Positions 8,966 through 18,153 are shown, counted from the first letter of the stretch. The stretch is 51,170 bases of DNA from Candidatus Nomurabacteria bacterium (GCA_020632395.1 JACKFQ010000003.1:1-51170), one strand, 5' to 3'. The notes: generated by a model from the letters alone, not told the origin. Translations and numbers: made by a program.

Positions 8966-8995
8966 ATTATATTGGTAAACCGACCTGAGAGTCAA
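8966..8995 (-). promoter_or_regulatory. sigma70-type promoter for the T-box/glyQS transcript
   Basis: TTGACT (8995-8990), 18 nt, TATAAT (8971-8966). Confidence 0.6.
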
Positions 8996-9057
8996 TTAAA
9001 AGGGAAATAATGGTGACCTATAGGAGACTGTGTAATATCATATACAATCGAGGATTC

Positions 9058-9900
9058 TCATTCCGAGAGCACTTTATTGGTTTTGTAATACTTCTTCCAA
9101 CTACTCTCAAATAGGAGACTTTCAAACTGGTAGAGATATTCGTCTTCAATAATTATGGCATAGGAAGTGGTGGGTGATATCAGACATACTTTGCCTTCGT
9201 AGATATATTTCTCAAAGCTACCAGAATGCTCACTCGATGATCCAGGAATAACAAGAACATTTATGAACTCTTCATCTACCTCATCCTCAATATGTTTGGA
9301 CCCAGAAAGTTCACCAAAATATATCTGCCTTAATAGTATCCCTCGTACAGCACACTTTTCGAGAAATCGTTCCGACCCTGTCTTTATCGCTGTAGTACGT
9401 GATCTTTCACTCCCTCGTGGCCGTCCAGTAGTAGGGTCAGGATCAAGGTATGCTATACCCATCAGCTCCTTTGAACGGTAAACATCATCGTATGCATCTT
9501 TTAATCCTTCTTTACCAACAAGAACTCTAATTGGGGGAGATTCTGACTGTTGCCTGGCGTATAGCAATTCTAGCTGGTGTATGGATCTCTCAAGGGTATA
9601 TGCCGTATCGGAGATCCTATTTCGCTTATATTGCACCTGCTCGAGGAGTAGGTCTGGGTCATGTGCTTTGAATACAGCCGTTTTCACGCCCACATCCTTA
9701 CTAAGGAGGTCCCAGTCCTCTAAGGTCTGTACAGCATCATAGATGGTGGTTCTAGGTATCTTTGTCCTCTTTGATATTGCAGAGGCGGTTGAAGGGCCAT
9801 ATTGGAGTAGGGAAAGATATATCTCAGCGTGTTCATCTGTCATACCCAACTCTACAAACGATCTTTTCACTAGTTTTGTCGTACTCTGCGACACACTCAT
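9058..9900 (-). CDS. TrmB-family transcriptional regulator
   Basis: N-terminal wHTH LGMTDEHAEIYLSLLQYGPSTASAISKRTKIPRTTIYDAV, coiled linker, GKEGLKDAYDD and YIYEGKVCLIS typical of CPR TrmB proteins. Confidence 0.85.
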   Translation of the reverse strand: MSVSQSTTKLVKRSFVELGMTDEHAEIYLSLLQYGPSTASAISKRTKIPRTTIYDAVQTLEDWDLLSKDVGVKTAVFKAHDPDLLLEQVQYKRNRISDTAYTLERSIHQLELLYARQQSESPPIRVLVGKEGLKDAYDDVYRSKELMGIAYLDPDPTTGRPRGSERSRTTAIKTGSERFLEKCAVRGILLRQIYFGELSGSKHIEDEVDEEFINVLVIPGSSSEHSGSFEKYIYEGKVCLISPTTSYAIIIEDEYLYQFESLLFESSWKKYYKTNKVLSE

Positions 9901-10167
9901 AGATAATCTTATTGCGATAGGTTATATCTGTCGACACATTCGACAACACCAATATACAACTATACATCGACGATCAGATCGAATCAAGCGCAAAGATAAG
10001 CATCAAGGGATGGATCAGATCTACAAATGTTTCAATACAAATGTTTCAATACGATAGGGATCCGAGAGGTAAGGGGTGTCCACGATAGTAGAATAACAGT
10101 CGGAAACTAGGGCTTCCAACGATCTGAAGTAATTGTAAGTGTCCGATCGCTGAGGGATAGGGGAGGT

Positions 10168-11139
10168 CTATATATTCTCCCTGATATACTGCATTATCGG
10201 TGTTGCGACGTCAACGATCTTCCCTTTGTCAGCTTTATAATGTACGCGAAGACCTGGGTTGTAGTTGATCTCGTTGATCACGCATGGGGCCTGTTTTGTC
10301 ACATCCTCGGCGATCAGATCTACCCCTCCAACTTTCAGTCCAAGTACCTGTGTTGCCTTGATTGCGAGGTCAAGATAATATGGATCGATCTCATCTAGAC
10401 ACTCTTCTGTCGTTCCACCTGTGGATTGGTTTGAATTGAGCCGTACTTCGACTTCTTCACCTCTTTGAGGGATACTATCCAGGGTTAGATTATTTGCCCA
10501 TAGTCTTTTTTCTACTTCCTTATCTAATCGAATAGGCTTAAGAAGACGGTCTTTTCTTTGTTGATTTGTGCTAATGATAAGCTGTTCTATCGTATTTGAT
10601 CCATCACCCACAATGTAGGCGGCTCTCCTTCTTACTGCTCCTATCACTTTGTCATCACATACTAATATTCTGTAATTAGTTCCTGTACAAAATTCTTCTG
10701 CAAGGACTTTGACGTTTGTACTTGAGAGATTTGTTGCCAGTGCTGTTTGGAATCCGTGTCGTACTTCATGTTCGCTCTTTGGGAGGAGACTAACACCATT
10801 ACCACCGAGATTTTGAACAGGCTTGAGCACAATATTTCCAAATTCCTTCCAAAAATCTATAGCCTCTTCTTCATTGTTGATCTCTCTCTGCTCTGCTACC
10901 GGAATACCTCCGACCTTTAATACCTTGTATGCGAGATTCTTTCTTTTGGAAATGGTTGTGCTTGGGACATTGTTGACAGGTAGGGCGGTGTTCAAGATGA
11001 ACCAGTGTTTTCCGTTATCTGAGAATCGAGCCATTAATGAGCGTACGATGATCTCGTATTGTATTCCTAATTTATCAGCTGCCTCTACATAATAGGCTAA
11101 ATGAACATTTCCAGCTTCAGCGAGGTAATCTTTCGTCAT
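10168..11139 (-). CDS. Stand-alone ATP-grasp ligase of the CphA/GshF ATP-grasp type
   Basis: IVLKPVQNLGGNGVS, NYRILV, RRAAYIVGDGSNTIEQLI, SNQSTGG, GGVDLI, NEINYNPG. Confidence 0.85.
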   Translation of the reverse strand: MTKDYLAEAGNVHLAYYVEAADKLGIQYEIIVRSLMARFSDNGKHWFILNTALPVNNVPSTTISKRKNLAYKVLKVGGIPVAEQREINNEEEAIDFWKEFGNIVLKPVQNLGGNGVSLLPKSEHEVRHGFQTALATNLSSTNVKVLAEEFCTGTNYRILVCDDKVIGAVRRRAAYIVGDGSNTIEQLIISTNQQRKDRLLKPIRLDKEVEKRLWANNLTLDSIPQRGEEVEVRLNSNQSTGGTTEECLDEIDPYYLDLAIKATQVLGLKVGGVDLIAEDVTKQAPCVINEINYNPGLRVHYKADKGKIVDVATPIMQYIRENI

Positions 11140-11255
11140 TATCGTATTAAAGAAATTAAAATATTTTGAGTGTATAAGAATAATTTAAGGTTATTTTGAT
11201 CTTTATTCTATACAATCTACCAAACATGAAAACAAAACTAAATATTCACTAAGGT

Positions 11256-12713
11256 CTATTTTGTGAATGTCTTACTTGCATCGATAAGATAATCAGTTAA
11301 CTCGCTACGACCGATCAATAGGGGGTAGACCATATCGGTTTGTGTACTTATCACGGCTTCTATTGTTTTGATAACTCCTGCGATCTTGATCTTGATCTCT
11401 ATCACGGGGCGAACAACGATATGACCCGCTTCTGTGATCTTAGCAAGTCTTTTTATCATCGGATGTTCGATCAGATGTTCCTCGTGTAGATCTATGTATT
11501 CTTGTGCTAGGGCGAGGGTTTCGAATCGCTCAGGGATCTCGAATTGGTTGACAGTCTTAAGTGCATCAGAAAACCCTATGCGACTCGCGAGACCTTTATC
11601 AATTCGTGATGTGAGTATCCCTGTATCAAGCATACCACTAACGACATCTTTCTTTTCTTTCCTTGTGTTGTAGTAGATAGTTATGCGCTCAACCAGATTT
11701 ACGACCTGTTTACCTGAAAGTGCTTCGATCCCTTCCTCTACCTCACCACCAAAGAGATTTTTAGCAACTCTTACACCATGCTTAATACTCTTTATCTTCA
11801 AGCCTTCTACGCGCTCCAACCGTTCACGCAGTCCTGAATTGTTTGCGGTCTGTATCCCGAGGCCTGGACGAGCATTTAATTCCAATACTAAAGGTCCTTT
11901 TTCTTTGTCGATCACGATATCTACACCCAAATAACCCAAGTGACTTGCATGTTGGCATTTGATGGCGATCTCGAGTATCTCATCCCAAAATGGTACTTTG
12001 ATACCTCTTACAGGCATATTTTGCTTCAGATCCATTGTTTGATCGATACTTTCATAAGTGTCTTCAAACACTGATTTGTTTTTCATATGCATGGCATATG
12101 TGCTGATTCCAGAAGCTATGTCTATGCCTGCACAGATCCCACCGGCATGTAGATTTGCCTTCCCATCTGATCTTTTTGTCGGAAGCCTAACCATCGCCAT
12201 TACTGGTACTTGGTTGTATACGATCAAACGAATATCAGGAACTCCTTTGTATGAATATCGCTTTAACTCAGGGTGTGTTTTTATCCTTTCTTCGATTATT
12301 ACGACATCATTATTATTTCCCATGGAGAAACGACCTTCTAAGATCTTTTCCATGTGTGCACGGATATCTTCTGGTCCCATGATCTGTCCGTTTGGTCTTA
12401 TCCATGCAAGCTGATTCTTCTTCTTCCCATAAAAGATTATGATACCACTACCTATTGATCCTCGATTGGGCTTTACTACAAAGCTGTTTGGAAGAGATTC
12501 CCAATCTAGGTATTCTAATTGTTTTTTTGTACGAATGACCTTAAATGTTTCTGGTGCATCGATACCAATTTTTGCTAGTACCCTTTTTGTCAACAGCTTA
12601 TTATCAGCCAATCTCTTAGCTGATAGGGGGTTGTGAGGTCGGATATATATCTGGTTTCTGCGGTTTATAGCCAAAACCTCTTTCTTGTTGTGACTAAGAA
12701 GAGCTTTTATCAT
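11256..12713 (-). CDS. Alpha-L-glutamate-ligase-like (ATPgrasp_ST) ATP-grasp fused to a RimB-like retropepsin aspartic protease domain
   Basis: INRRNQIYI..HNP, FVVKPNRGSIGSGI, GVPDIRLIV, MAMVRLPT..SDGKANLHAGG, LELNARPGLGIQ; C-terminal LDTG..TS, RPVI, MVYPLLIGR. Confidence 0.85.
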   Translation of the reverse strand: MIKALLSHNKKEVLAINRRNQIYIRPHNPLSAKRLADNKLLTKRVLAKIGIDAPETFKVIRTKKQLEYLDWESLPNSFVVKPNRGSIGSGIIIFYGKKKNQLAWIRPNGQIMGPEDIRAHMEKILEGRFSMGNNNDVVIIEERIKTHPELKRYSYKGVPDIRLIVYNQVPVMAMVRLPTKRSDGKANLHAGGICAGIDIASGISTYAMHMKNKSVFEDTYESIDQTMDLKQNMPVRGIKVPFWDEILEIAIKCQHASHLGYLGVDIVIDKEKGPLVLELNARPGLGIQTANNSGLRERLERVEGLKIKSIKHGVRVAKNLFGGEVEEGIEALSGKQVVNLVERITIYYNTRKEKKDVVSGMLDTGILTSRIDKGLASRIGFSDALKTVNQFEIPERFETLALAQEYIDLHEEHLIEHPMIKRLAKITEAGHIVVRPVIEIKIKIAGVIKTIEAVISTQTDMVYPLLIGRSELTDYLIDASKTFTK

Positions 12714-13365
12714 TCTTGAGGATCTGCTCGAATCTTAATAAGTCTTTGAATCGCATTCCGGTATATTTACCTAATCCTAAATTGACCAGTAATAGTATCA
12801 AGAAGATCCATACATTATTTAGGACAAATTGCTGTAATTGGGGTGATCGCAATGCGAGCCAACCTGCTATTCCCACTAATACGGTTTCTCCTAAAGAACG
12901 TGCAGAATTCAAGAAATCCTTTTTAACATACTGTTTAATGAAAAAGTCAGAAAGTGTCGCTATCAGGATCACACCTAGTGGAGGTATGGTTGTAGCATCA
13001 TGATGTTCTGTGGTAAGACTTATCGGAGAGACGTCATTTAAAACTATCACACCAACTACAAGTACAGATATCAAAATGTAATTGATGGTAATTCTGGAAA
13101 GATAATGCATCCTGATCTTCTTCAGTAGGCTGTATGTGAGTAATGTTGAGAGTATAACGGCCAATGTCACAAGTAGTCCAAACCTTATACCCGTAAATAT
13201 ATAGGCAAATGAAAGTGTCATTGGCGCATAAATCCCTAGAGTCTTAAAACCTATCAAATATCGTGAAAGATTTACTATTGTTGCTATGATAGGAATAAAA
13301 AGTAGCAGGATCAGCATCTGCTCGGTAACACCATGCTGTGTGATCCAGGTTGTGATCTCGGACAT
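12694..13365 (-). CDS. 7TM_transglut-family membrane protein
   Basis: Polytopic; LLFIPIIATIVNLSRYLIGFKTLGIYAP and LGKYTGMRFKDLLRF match the 7TM family encoded with glutamate-ligase-like ATP-grasps; overlaps the downstream start. Confidence 0.85.
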   Translation of the reverse strand: MSEITTWITQHGVTEQMLILLLFIPIIATIVNLSRYLIGFKTLGIYAPMTLSFAYIFTGIRFGLLVTLAVILSTLLTYSLLKKIRMHYLSRITINYILISVLVVGVIVLNDVSPISLTTEHHDATTIPPLGVILIATLSDFFIKQYVKKDFLNSARSLGETVLVGIAGWLALRSPQLQQFVLNNVWIFLILLLVNLGLGKYTGMRFKDLLRFEQILKNDKSSS

Positions 13366-13500
13366 CTTTAGGGAGTTTGATAGTTTAGGTGGATGTGAAT
13401 ATTATACCATAACAAAGGGGTTTTATCAATATCACCCTCTGTTTCATACATGTAGTGTACATTGAATTTAATGAAACAAAAATAGACCTATAAGGTTCAG

Positions 13501-13730
13501 GCTGTATCAGGCTGTATCAGTCAGTATCAGTCAGTATCAGGCAGTATCAGTCAGTATCAGTCAGTATCAGGCAGTATCAGTCAGTATCAGGCAGTATCAG
13601 GCAGTATCAGTCAGTATCAGGCGGTATCAGGCAGTATCAGTCAGTATCAGTCAGTATCAGGCGGTATCAGGCGGTATCAGGCAGTATCAGGCAGTATCAG
13701 GCGGTATCAGGCGGTATCAGGCGGTATCAG
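13501..13730. repeat. Tandem repeat, 23 x 10 bp ((G/T)C(A/G/T)GTATCAG)
   Basis: Unbroken 10-bp register with four unit variants gctgtatcag, tcagtatcag, gcagtatcag, gcggtatcag. Confidence 0.97.
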
Positions 13731-13875
13731 CAGGCTCAGGCTGTATCAAGCAGGCTCAGCCTGTACAGAACATGATGAGCCGTTATAAGTAGAATACATG
13801 ATGAACTTTCGATCGCGAATGACCTCAATGTCATCGATCTCTGAGGTGGAGAACCGTTACCAACAAAAAGACAAT

Positions 13876-13903
13876 AAAAAAGGGGTGCTTGCGCACCCCT
13901 TTA
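13876..13903 (-). terminator. Intrinsic terminator after rplL
   Basis: AAAGGGGTGC-GCAA-GCACCCCTTT followed by T run on the minus strand. Confidence 0.85.
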
Positions 13904-13925
13904 TCGATTCAATAAAAATTGGGTG

Positions 13926-14327
13926 TTATGCCAATTCTACTGTTGCACCAGCTTCCTCCATTGAAGCTTTTAGTGCTTCTGCCTCATCCTTAGGAAGAGC
14001 CTCTTTTACTGTCTGAGGAGCACCTTCGACCATTGTCTTTGCTTCCATCAAACCAAGACCTGTAGCTTCCTTGACAACCTTGATGACACCGATCTTGTTA
14101 GATCCTGCGTCTTTGAGGATCACATCAAAAGATGATTTTTCCTCTGCTGCTTCTGCAGGAGCGGCGGAGGCTGCTACTGCTACGGGAGCTGCGGCACTTA
14201 CTCCAAATTTCTCCTCCATTACTTTCACGAGGTCTGCAAGCTCGAGAACGGTCATTTTCTCAACCATTTCAAGCACGTTCTGTGCATCTCCTGAAAGTTC
14301 GGGGAGTGTTTTTGCTTCTTCTGCCAT
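13926..14327 (-). CDS. rplL: 50S ribosomal protein L7/L12
   Basis: [46 protein letters not shown]. Confidence 0.97.
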   Translation of the reverse strand: MAEEAKTLPELSGDAQNVLEMVEKMTVLELADLVKVMEEKFGVSAAAPVAVAASAAPAEAAEEKSSFDVILKDAGSNKIGVIKVVKEATGLGLMEAKTMVEGAPQTVKEALPKDEAEALKASMEEAGATVELA

Positions 14328-14438
14328 ATCTATATATTCACACTAAATTAAATACTTGTTTGTTTTCATGATCCTCGTGGTGGGTGTGGATATGTTTGAA
14401 TTCACACATACCACGTGGTTCAATGACTAATTAGATGA

Positions 14439-14954
14439 CTACTTCTCTGAGACCTGCTTTAAAACTTGAACAAAACCTCGTGCATTTCCGGTAACCGCAT
14501 TCGCAAATCCTGTCAAAGGTGAATTCATCGAACCAAGTAGCTTGGCTAAGAGAACCTCCCTTGCGGGGATCTCTGCAAGTTCCATTACTTTCTGATCATT
14601 CAGGTACTGTCCCTTCAGCAAACCGTGTTTAGCAGGAAGTGCCTCGGTTTCCTTCTGTACTTCTTTGATGAGTTTCGCTGGGGCTGTTGGATCATCGGCA
14701 TAAGGGATGATTGCGGTCTGTTCTGCGAAATCCAAAGTTTCAGTAGGTTGGTTTGTCTCACGAAGTGCGATCTGGAAAAGCTTATTGCTTACAACTATCA
14801 CATTCGAACCAATATCTTTCAACTTCTTTTTAAGATTGGTTATGGATTCGTTATTTACACCTTTGACATCTACAGCAAGATATCCGCTATTGTTATTAAG
14901 CGTATCCTTATACATCTCGAGTAGCATTTCTTTCTGCTCTCTGCTTTTAGCCAT
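14439..14954 (-). CDS. rplJ: 50S ribosomal protein L10
   Basis: Position before rplL; VVSNKLFQIAL, LAEIPAREVLLAKLLGSMNSP. Confidence 0.95.
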   Translation of the reverse strand: MAKSREQKEMLLEMYKDTLNNNSGYLAVDVKGVNNESITNLKKKLKDIGSNVIVVSNKLFQIALRETNQPTETLDFAEQTAIIPYADDPTAPAKLIKEVQKETEALPAKHGLLKGQYLNDQKVMELAEIPAREVLLAKLLGSMNSPLTGFANAVTGNARGFVQVLKQVSEK

Positions 14955-15000
14955 AATATATGGTTGTTAATTTATTGAATGATTTGTAGGTTCTATGAAA

Positions 15001-15080
15001 ACCATCAGATCTCACACGGATTTATGTCTTCTATCTCAACGAGATTGGTAAGTCCACCATGTTTCTTCGATCTGAATGGA
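15001..15080 (-). promoter_or_regulatory. Possible L10 autoregulatory leader
   Basis: TCAGATC/GATCTGA closing stem with internal GAAGA upstream of rplJ; only a loose match to the known leader. Confidence 0.3.
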
Positions 15081-15156
15081 TGATACATTATCTTTGGGAT
15101 TCTTGCAAATCGTTTGATACTTAGAACATTTGAACCACCGATTGGTATAGAAAATC

Positions 15157-15861
15157 ATGTTCAGAATTGATATACTACAAGTCTATATATCAGGTATACA
15201 TACTTATATTGTTTTGCGAATTGAAAGAGTGAATTATTGTGATACAATTGGGGATTTAAGTACTGGTTGCGAGAGTCAACCACCGATGCAGATCGGTGCG
15301 CTTGATAACCCTGCTTACCTCGATATGTATTGGAGGGATAGGGATACATTCTCGCCAATTCTTGCACGATTGTACGTTCGAATCTGCTATGGAGAAGATA
15401 TTACAGATCAAGATCTTGATCATCTAACATATAATGAATGTGTTCATCTACTCATAGACCATATGCAAGAGCATATCGATGATGAATATCCACCACAGTC
15501 GTTAGAAATGCTTTGGAGATTAATTGATCTTGACGAGACATTCTCATCACCGAGTTATGTGGCTACTAGAATACAGTCTAATTCACCTGATGGACTGGTT
15601 GCGTTAAGGTGGGCATTGGGGTTCTTTGTGTATGAAGAAATCTCTAGGAAGAATCAAAGCGATTTTATCAACACAAGAGTCGGTCAATCAATTCAAATAT
15701 CATATGCACTTTTTCATTGGATAGTATGGGAATTAACTAAAGAAAGGTTATTGTATCTCAATAAAGTGTCTGCCAGAAGAGCATTGTATAATCCCTATAG
15801 CCGAATTTCACCGACCCATAAAACTGGCTTTTCGGATACTGATCTGTCTCATATCATCTAG
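15157..15861 (+). CDS. Hypothetical protein inserted antisense between rplA and rplJ
   Basis: 234-codon ORF filling the intergenic space; no recognisable motif; start uncertain. Confidence 0.55.
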   Translation: MFRIDILQVYISGIHTYIVLRIERVNYCDTIGDLSTGCESQPPMQIGALDNPAYLDMYWRDRDTFSPILARLYVRICYGEDITDQDLDHLTYNECVHLLIDHMQEHIDDEYPPQSLEMLWRLIDLDETFSSPSYVATRIQSNSPDGLVALRWALGFFVYEEISRKNQSDFINTRVGQSIQISYALFHWIVWELTKERLLYLNKVSARRALYNPYSRISPTHKTGFSDTDLSHII

Positions 15862-16063
15862 ATCCATTACATCTCGAAATCCAGTAGTGGGAGTCTTTGT
15901 CCCAGAATAGTGAAAATAGCCTCATATCCAGTACACTTCGTTGTGTTATCATGCGCGATCATTAGATCCTGATCGTATGAAAAGCATCAGATACCGAGCG
16001 GTTATGATCGGTATTCTCTGGAGAATAGCTCCTGGAATTTTCAAGATTGCGGAATAGATATAC

Positions 16064-16753
16064 CTACTTCTCAAAAACTAAAGCTACTTCTACACTGGGT
16101 CCCATAGTTGGGGAGAGATGAACCTTTTGTAGGATTTGCTCAGGTTTTTTACCAAGAATATCAGCAGCTGCATTCACACAAGCCCAGACATTTTCGATGA
16201 GTTCTTTTTCTGTTTGTGATACCTTTCCAGCTTTGAAATTCATATTACCCAGAGCATCAGCTTTAAATGTCATTTTTCCTTGTTTATACTCTTTGATCGC
16301 TGTCTCAAGATCATCTGTGACAGTACCAGTCTTGGGATTTGGCATCAAACCTCTAGGACCGAGCTCTTTTCCTAGAGCTGCGATCTGCGGCATCACGTCA
16401 GGTGAGGCGATCGCTACATCAAATTCGATCTTTCCAGCCTTTACATCAGTCATTAATTTCTCTAGGTCAGACATATCTGCACCAGCTTTCTTTGCTTCAG
16501 CCTCTCTCTCTTTTGAGGTAAATACAGCAACTTTTACTTCTGCATTGCCTGTAGAGTGGGGTAGTGAAACGGATCCCTTCAGTGATTTTGGATCCTTGTC
16601 CTTAGGAAGTTTAATTGTCAGATTAAGATCTACTGTACCATCAAACTTAGAGTATGATAGTTTCTTAACTGATGTTAAAGCTTCTTCTAATGAAAGTACC
16701 TGTGTAGGTTGAAGCTTTTTGACATTCTTATATTTTTTGCCTCGTCTTGCCAT
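16064..16753 (-). CDS. rplA: 50S ribosomal protein L1
   Basis: KFDGTVDL, LPHSTG, LGPRGLMPNPKTGTVT, SPTMGP. Confidence 0.97.
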   Translation of the reverse strand: MARRGKKYKNVKKLQPTQVLSLEEALTSVKKLSYSKFDGTVDLNLTIKLPKDKDPKSLKGSVSLPHSTGNAEVKVAVFTSKEREAEAKKAGADMSDLEKLMTDVKAGKIEFDVAIASPDVMPQIAALGKELGPRGLMPNPKTGTVTDDLETAIKEYKQGKMTFKADALGNMNFKAGKVSQTEKELIENVWACVNAAADILGKKPEQILQKVHLSPTMGPSVEVALVFEK

Positions 16754-16774
16754 TTCTTTCTGTAATTAAAGATA

Positions 16775-17212
16775 TTATTCGTAAGCTTCGACCTCGATAC
16801 CCATCTGTTTCGCTGTACCAGCGATCGTATTGTATGCCTGTTTCTCATCGGTCGTATTGAGATCAGGCATTTTTATTTCAACGATCTTTAAGATCTGTGC
16901 TTTAGACAGTTTTCCGACTTTTTTAATGTTTGGTATAGGTGACCCTTTTTTGATCTTGAGTTCTCTCCTGATCAATTCACTGGTTGGAGGGGTTTTGAAT
17001 TCCAAGGTAAATGACCTGTCCTCAAAGATCGTAATGATCACCGGAGTCAGGATACCCTGTCCTTCAGCTGTTTTCTCGTTGAATTTCTGGACAAAGTCAT
17101 TTGTATTTATACCGGTAGGCGAGAGTGCAGGTCCGATAGGAGGAGCAAGACTTGCCTGTCCAGCAGGAATAACTAACTTCATTTTCTGTTTAACTATTTT
17201 TTTCTCTGCCAT
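16775..17212 (-). CDS. rplK: 50S ribosomal protein L11
   Basis: IPAGQA..APPIGPAL, FEDRSFT..FKTPP, KMPDLN, IAGTAKQMG. Confidence 0.97.
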   Translation of the reverse strand: MAEKKIVKQKMKLVIPAGQASLAPPIGPALSPTGINTNDFVQKFNEKTAEGQGILTPVIITIFEDRSFTLEFKTPPTSELIRRELKIKKGSPIPNIKKVGKLSKAQILKIVEIKMPDLNTTDEKQAYNTIAGTAKQMGIEVEAYE

Positions 17213-17286
17213 TTTGATCCTAATTCAATAAATAAATACTATCTATACTATTGAGGGTAGAGGCCCCTCACTCTGAAACATGAATT

Positions 17287-17958
17287 TTATAGTTTGCTTA
17301 CCTGTGAGAAATCTAATTCTACTGGGGCTTCTCTGCCTAAGAAAGATATCATCACTTTGACCTTTCCTTTAGCATCGTCTATCTCTTCAACGCTTCCGAT
17401 AAAGTCTGCAAAGGCACCTTCGATGATCTTTACTGCTTCCCCAACGCTAAATGAGGCTTGGTAAGCTGGTTGCTCAACCTCCATGAATTTCATGATAGCT
17501 TGAACTTCTCTCTCAGGAAGGGGTCTTGGGTACTTATCTGTTTTCACAAATCCTTTTATCCCTTCAGTTCCTGTGATTATTGTCCATGTATTCTCATTTA
17601 GAACCATTTTTACCAATACATACCCAGGAAAGATCTTTTCTTCCTTGATCGATTGCTTTCCACCCTTGACCACTATCTTTTTTTGAACTGGGATCAATAT
17701 CCCATTGATCATTTCCTGCTGTTCGGTTGCCTCAACTCTCTGAAGAAGCGAATTATGTACACTATTTTCATATCCAGGTCTTACCTGAAGTACATACCAT
17801 TTCGAATCAGGATGCGCTTTTATCTTTTTCTTGGCTTTCTTCTCGCCTGACAAAATGCCAACTGTGGCCTTCTTTTTCGTCTTAGTCGCTTTCCCAACCT
17901 CACTTTTTATCTGTTCATCTGCTGAAGCATTTACCTTTTTTTTCTTGTCATCTGCCAT
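17287..17958 (-). CDS. nusG: Transcription termination/antitermination factor NusG with Lys-rich N-terminal extension
   Basis: WYVLQVRPGYE, KIFPGYVLV, GEAVKIIEGAFADFIGSV, LGREAPVELDF. Confidence 0.96.
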   Translation of the reverse strand: MADDKKKKVNASADEQIKSEVGKATKTKKKATVGILSGEKKAKKKIKAHPDSKWYVLQVRPGYENSVHNSLLQRVEATEQQEMINGILIPVQKKIVVKGGKQSIKEEKIFPGYVLVKMVLNENTWTIITGTEGIKGFVKTDKYPRPLPEREVQAIMKFMEVEQPAYQASFSVGEAVKIIEGAFADFIGSVEEIDDAKGKVKVMISFLGREAPVELDFSQVSKL

Positions 17959-17976
17959 TTAGTGAATTATCCAATA

Positions 17977-18153
17977 TTATAGATTTAATAAAACATCCCT
18001 TAGCTCTAGGAAAAACACATCCAAACCGAGCATCATGAGTGCGAGTATAGCACAAACAACAATCGTGAATGTAAGCAATGTTATCAATTCACTTCTTGTT
18101 GGCCAGGTGACTGCCCTGATCTCCTGAATTATTCCTGGGAAGGGATTTCTCAT
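17977..18153 (-). CDS. secE: Preprotein translocase subunit SecE
   Basis: EIRAVTWPTRSEL plus one TM; between tRNA-Trp and nusG; probable start ATG 18153 (ORF opens at 18177). Confidence 0.92.
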   Translation of the reverse strand: MRNPFPGIIQEIRAVTWPTRSELITLLTFTIVVCAILALMMLGLDVFFLELRDVLLNL

